Positions 60,417 to 64,000 of a DNA stretch of 64,000 bases are shown in pieces. Position 1 is the stretch's first letter; every line of letters begins with the position of its first letter. A model generated the notes under the pieces. It was not told where the DNA came from. It saw only the letters and a list, made by a program, of their open reading frames with translations, and made no database searches. Origin of the DNA: Nostoc sp. (GTDB lineage: Bacteria; Cyanobacteriota; Cyanobacteriia; Cyanobacteriales; Nostocaceae); NCBI GenBank assembly GCA_036918135.1, contig JBALDB010000067.1:96001-160000 (forward strand), written 5' to 3'. A program made the position numbers and the translations under genes.

Positions 60417-63400
60417 ATGACTCAAATTATCAATAAATTTTCCCAAACTCCCCCTCAGCGTGCAACCATTGTTGATATTCTGCGCGATCGCAGTCTTAAG
60501 ATGCCGCATACACAAGCCTTTACTTTCCTAGAAGATGGAGAAACAATAGAATTAACGCTGACTTACCAGGAATTGGATCGGCGCAGTCGGGCTGTAGGCG
60601 CTCAATTGCAAGCTCTGGGTTTGAGTGGGGAACGTGCCATATTACTGTATCCTCCTGGACTTGATTACTTAATAGCGTTTTTCGGTTGTCTATATGCTGG
60701 GGTTGTGGCGGTTCCAGCTTATCCACCTCGCAATCAACGTAATACGCCCAGAATACAAGCGATTACTATAGATGCACAGGCAAGCATTGCTCTGACTACA
60801 ACAGCAATGCTCCCCGCATTACAATCAATAGTCATACCACAAACAAAACAGGGAAATTTTCGCTGGCTGACAACTGACAACATAGCACAGGGTCTAGAAG
60901 ATTCTTGGAAACAATCTGCAATCAATGGGGATACCTTAGCTTTTCTGCAATATACATCGGGTTCTACAGGCACACCAAAGGGAGTCATGCTCACTCATGG
61001 TAACTTGCTGCACAATGCCGCAGTAACTTACCAAATGATGGAACATTCACCCAACAGCAAGTTTGTCTCCTGGCTACCTGTTTACCATGATATGGGACTG
61101 ATTGGTGGGATTTTGCAACCTTTGTATGGAGGGTTTGGTTGCATCTTAATGTCGCCAGCAGCTTTTTTACAACGACCTTACCGCTGGTTACAAGCGATTT
61201 CCCGCTACAAAGGCACTACAAGCGGCGGCCCTAACTTTGCTTATCAACAGTGTATTCAAAGGATTACTAGTCAACAAAAAGAAACTCTCGACTTAAGTAG
61301 TTGGAGTGTTGCGTTTAATGGTGCCGAACCAGTCCGACAAGAGACTCTTGAGCAATTTGCAACCACCTTTGCAGAGTGTGGCTTTCGTCCAGAGGCGTTT
61401 TACCCTTGTTATGGTATGGCGGAAGCAACTTTGATAGTTTCTGGTGGAAGCAAAACAGCTTTAGCTCAAGTAAAAACCGTAGAGAAATCTGCGCTTTCAC
61501 ACAATCAAATAGTTGAAGCTACTACCCATCAAGATATCCAAAGCTTTGTCAGTTGCGGTAAAGCAATTCCTCAACAAGAAATTGTGATTGTTAATCCCGA
61601 ATTAACTCGCTGTTCATCAGATGAAGTTGGCGAAATTTGGGTATCTGGCCCCTGTGTTGGTCAAGGTTATTGGAATCGAACAGAAGAAACAAAGGAAACA
61701 TTCCATGCCTATCTCAAAGATACAGGAGAGGGGCCATTTTTACGGACTGGTGACTTAGGCTTTTTGCATAATCGTGAGCTTTTCATTACAGGTAGAGTAA
61801 AAGATTTAATTATTATTCGTGGTAGAAATATTTATCCCCAAGATATAGAATTAAGTGCCCAACGCAGTCATTCATCCTTACGTTCCGGTGCTAATGCTGC
61901 ATTTACAGTAGAAGTTAATAACGAAGAAAGGCTAGTACTTGTACAAGAATTAGAGTTTCGTGCCAAACCAAATTTAGCAGAAGTAGCTCGTGCAATTCGG
62001 CAAGCTATTACTGAAGAACATGAAGTACAAATTTATGCAGTGGTTTTAATTAAACCAGGTACTATACCCAAAACTTCCAGTGGTAAGATTCAACGTCGTG
62101 CAACTCGTACTCAGTTTCAAAATGATGAACTGAATATAGTTGAAAGTGACATTCTCAAGATTAGTGATATTACCAGAAAACCAACTCAATTACAGCGTTC
62201 TGAACTATTAACGCTTTCTCCAAGGGAGTGTCAACCAGTTTTAAAATCATATCTGATTGAACTTTTGGCGGGAGTACTTTCCATCGCACCGGATAATATC
62301 AATCCTCAAGAACCATTAAGCACGCTGGGACTCGATTCTTTAAAAGTATTTGAGTTAAAAAACCGGATTGAGATTGATTTAGAAGTAGAAGTATCGGTAG
62401 CAGACTTCTTTGAAGGAATGAATACGCTTGGGCTTGTCACCAAGCTCCTGGCTCAAATAACCACAGCTGCACTACCGTCATTATCCCTCACCCAAATAGA
62501 AAAAAACACATCTATTCATCCTCTATCTTTTGCTCAGCAGGGATTGTGGTTTATCAATCAACTAAATCCAGATACTCCTACATATAATATTCCTATAGTT
62601 ATTAACTTCAAAGGTTGGATTAATTTAGCAGCCTTACAAGATAGTCTCAATGAGATTGTGAGACGACACGAAGTCTTACGCACAAGCTTTACAGTGGTGG
62701 ATGGACAACCCGTCCAAGTTATCAATCAAGCTGTACCTTTAACTTTGCAGTTTGAAGATTTACGTTCACAAAGTGACTCCTACGGAGTCTCGCTGAACAC
62801 AAACGAACGCACCCAAGAAGCCCAACGTTTAGCTAGAGAATTCGCACAGCAGCCATTTGACTTATCTGCTCAATCGCTTTTGCGTACTAAAATTTTACAA
62901 TTAAATGAAAAAAGTTATCAATTGCTTGTGACTCTGCATCATATAATTGCAGATGGTTGGTCTATCGGTATTCTAATTAAAGAACTAGCTGCATTATATG
63001 AAGCATTCTCCACAGGTAAACTTTCTCTGCGAGACGCTACGCGAACACCACTTCCGGAACTACCCATTCAGTATCGAGATTTTGTCAATTGGCAACGAAA
63101 ATTTCTTGATTCAGAACGCATCCATCGCTTATTGACTTATTGGAAACAAAAGTTGCAGGGTGAGCTACCTGTACTAAATTTACCAACTGACCGACCGCGA
63201 CAGCCTTTTACTACATTCAACGGCGCTCAAGCAAAATTAGTTCTTTCTCAAACTCTGACCAAAGAGCTAAAGAATTTAAGTCGTCAGCAGGGAGTAACTC
63301 TATTTATGACCTTGCTTACAGCATTTAAAACCTTGCTGTATCGCTATACAGGTCAGACTGATATTTTAGTCGGTTCGCCAATTGCCAATCGTAACAAAGC

Positions 63401-64000
63401 AGAAATTGATTCATTAATCGGATTTTTTGTCAATGTTTTAGTCCTGCGTACAGACTTATCTGACGACCTGAGTTTTCAGGAGTTGTTAGCGCGGGTGAAG
63501 TCAACAGCTTTAGAGGCTTACGTTCATCAAGACTTACCTTTTGAGAAGTTAGTAGAAGAACTACAGCCAAATCGAGATTTGAGTTACAATCCATTATTTC
63601 AAGTGATGTTCGTTCTCCAAAATCTGCCAATATCAAATCCCAAACTGTCAGATGTCGCTGTTACTTATGAAGAAGATTACAACGGTACATCGAAGTTTGA
63701 TATAACATTGTTTATGGAGGATTCCAAGCAAGGATTAGTTGCAACTTGCGAGTACAACACAGATTTATTTAATGCAGATACTATTACTCGGATGTTGGGA
63801 CATTTGCAGACTTTATTAGAAAGTATAGTTAGCGATCCCCAACAGTGCATTTCAGATTTGCAATTACTTACACCATTTCAAGTACAGCAGTTATTAGTTG
63901 AGTGGAATGATACGAAAACAGATTATCCTCAAGATAAGTGCATTCATCAGTTATTTGAAGAACAAGTAGAGAAAACACCAAATGCAGTAGCAGTAGTATT
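60417..64000 (+). CDS. Lipopeptide-initiating NRPS: FAAL-ACP-condensation-adenylation (partial, runs off the window)
   Basis: Not in the ORF track because there is no stop in the window. Hand translation from ATG 60417: MTQIINKF..AFTFLEDGE..LLYPPGLDY..AVPAYPP, LAFLQYTSGSTGTPKGV, SWLPVYHDMGLIG (FAAL); LGLDSL (ACP); PLSFAQQGLWF, LHHIIADGWS (C domain); YPQDKCIHQLFEEQVEKTP (A-domain start, in frame at 63921). Confidence 0.93.
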   Translation, partial: MTQIINKFSQTPPQRATIVDILRDRSLKMPHTQAFTFLEDGETIELTLTYQELDRRSRAVGAQLQALGLSGERAILLYPPGLDYLIAFFGCLYAGVVAVPAYPPRNQRNTPRIQAITIDAQASIALTTTAMLPALQSIVIPQTKQGNFRWLTTDNIAQGLEDSWKQSAINGDTLAFLQYTSGSTGTPKGVMLTHGNLLHNAAVTYQMMEHSPNSKFVSWLPVYHDMGLIGGILQPLYGGFGCILMSPAAFLQRPYRWLQAISRYKGTTSGGPNFAYQQCIQRITSQQKETLDLSSWSVAFNGAEPVRQETLEQFATTFAECGFRPEAFYPCYGMAEATLIVSGGSKTALAQVKTVEKSALSHNQIVEATTHQDIQSFVSCGKAIPQQEIVIVNPELTRCSSDEVGEIWVSGPCVGQGYWNRTEETKETFHAYLKDTGEGPFLRTGDLGFLHNRELFITGRVKDLIIIRGRNIYPQDIELSAQRSHSSLRSGANAAFTVEVNNEERLVLVQELEFRAKPNLAEVARAIRQAITEEHEVQIYAVVLIKPGTIPKTSSGKIQRRATRTQFQNDELNIVESDILKISDITRKPTQLQRSELLTLSPRECQPVLKSYLIELLAGVLSIAPDNINPQEPLSTLGLDSLKVFELKNRIEIDLEVEVSVADFFEGMNTLGLVTKLLAQITTAALPSLSLTQIEKNTSIHPLSFAQQGLWFINQLNPDTPTYNIPIVINFKGWINLAALQDSLNEIVRRHEVLRTSFTVVDGQPVQVINQAVPLTLQFEDLRSQSDSYGVSLNTNERTQEAQRLAREFAQQPFDLSAQSLLRTKILQLNEKSYQLLVTLHHIIADGWSIGILIKELAALYEAFSTGKLSLRDATRTPLPELPIQYRDFVNWQRKFLDSERIHRLLTYWKQKLQGELPVLNLPTDRPRQPFTTFNGAQAKLVLSQTLTKELKNLSRQQGVTLFMTLLTAFKTLLYRYTGQTDILVGSPIANRNKAEIDSLIGFFVNVLVLRTDLSDDLSFQELLARVKSTALEAYVHQDLPFEKLVEELQPNRDLSYNPLFQVMFVLQNLPISNPKLSDVAVTYEEDYNGTSKFDITLFMEDSKQGLVATCEYNTDLFNADTITRMLGHLQTLLESIVSDPQQCISDLQLLTPFQVQQLLVEWNDTKTDYPQDKCIHQLFEEQVEKTPNAVAVV

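Noticed and set aside
60312..63636. Short minus-strand ORFs listed at the right end
   Set aside because: Antisense to the long FAAL-NRPS frame.

Overview
64-kb window of a filamentous, probably heterocyst-forming (Nostocales-type) cyanobacterial chromosome, inferred from abundant HIP1 GCGATCGC octamers and heptamer STRR-type repeats. Left to right: (1) 47-11700, minus strand: a proteusin-type RiPP cluster (NHLP precursor, PoyD-like radical-SAM epimerase, CCG-type LanM) preceded by a signalling block (REC-AraC regulator, Cache-HAMP receptor with no enzymatic output, MinD-like ATPase, HExxH protein, tandem cNMP-binding protein) whose adjacent PAS histidine kinase is a deletion remnant. (2) 12496-27936: a sigma-like factor / DUF1822 / CHAT-CHASE2 / DUF928 / two filamentous-haemagglutinin (TpsA) / exported TPR-CHAT cassette that looks like a trans-envelope proteolytic signalling cascade. 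(3) 28.3-52.3 kb: mostly ordinary genes (hybrid kinase, Gld-like ABC operon, purU, MFS, MscS, DUF2254 pseudogene, deacetylase, GGDEF, Cu chaperone, alaS) with many small repeats and MITE-like elements. (4) 52.4-64 kb: a solo OLD-like ATPase/nuclease, MbtH, a small protein resembling animal core-binding factor beta, a VOC protein, two tandem DUF3102 paralogues with an apparently inactive methyltransferase-like tail, and a FAAL-ACP-C-A NRPS gene starting at 60417 that runs off the window and is absent from the supplied ORF track. No rRNA, tRNA or CRISPR array was seen. Family assignments come from motif recognition by eye, not from database searches.
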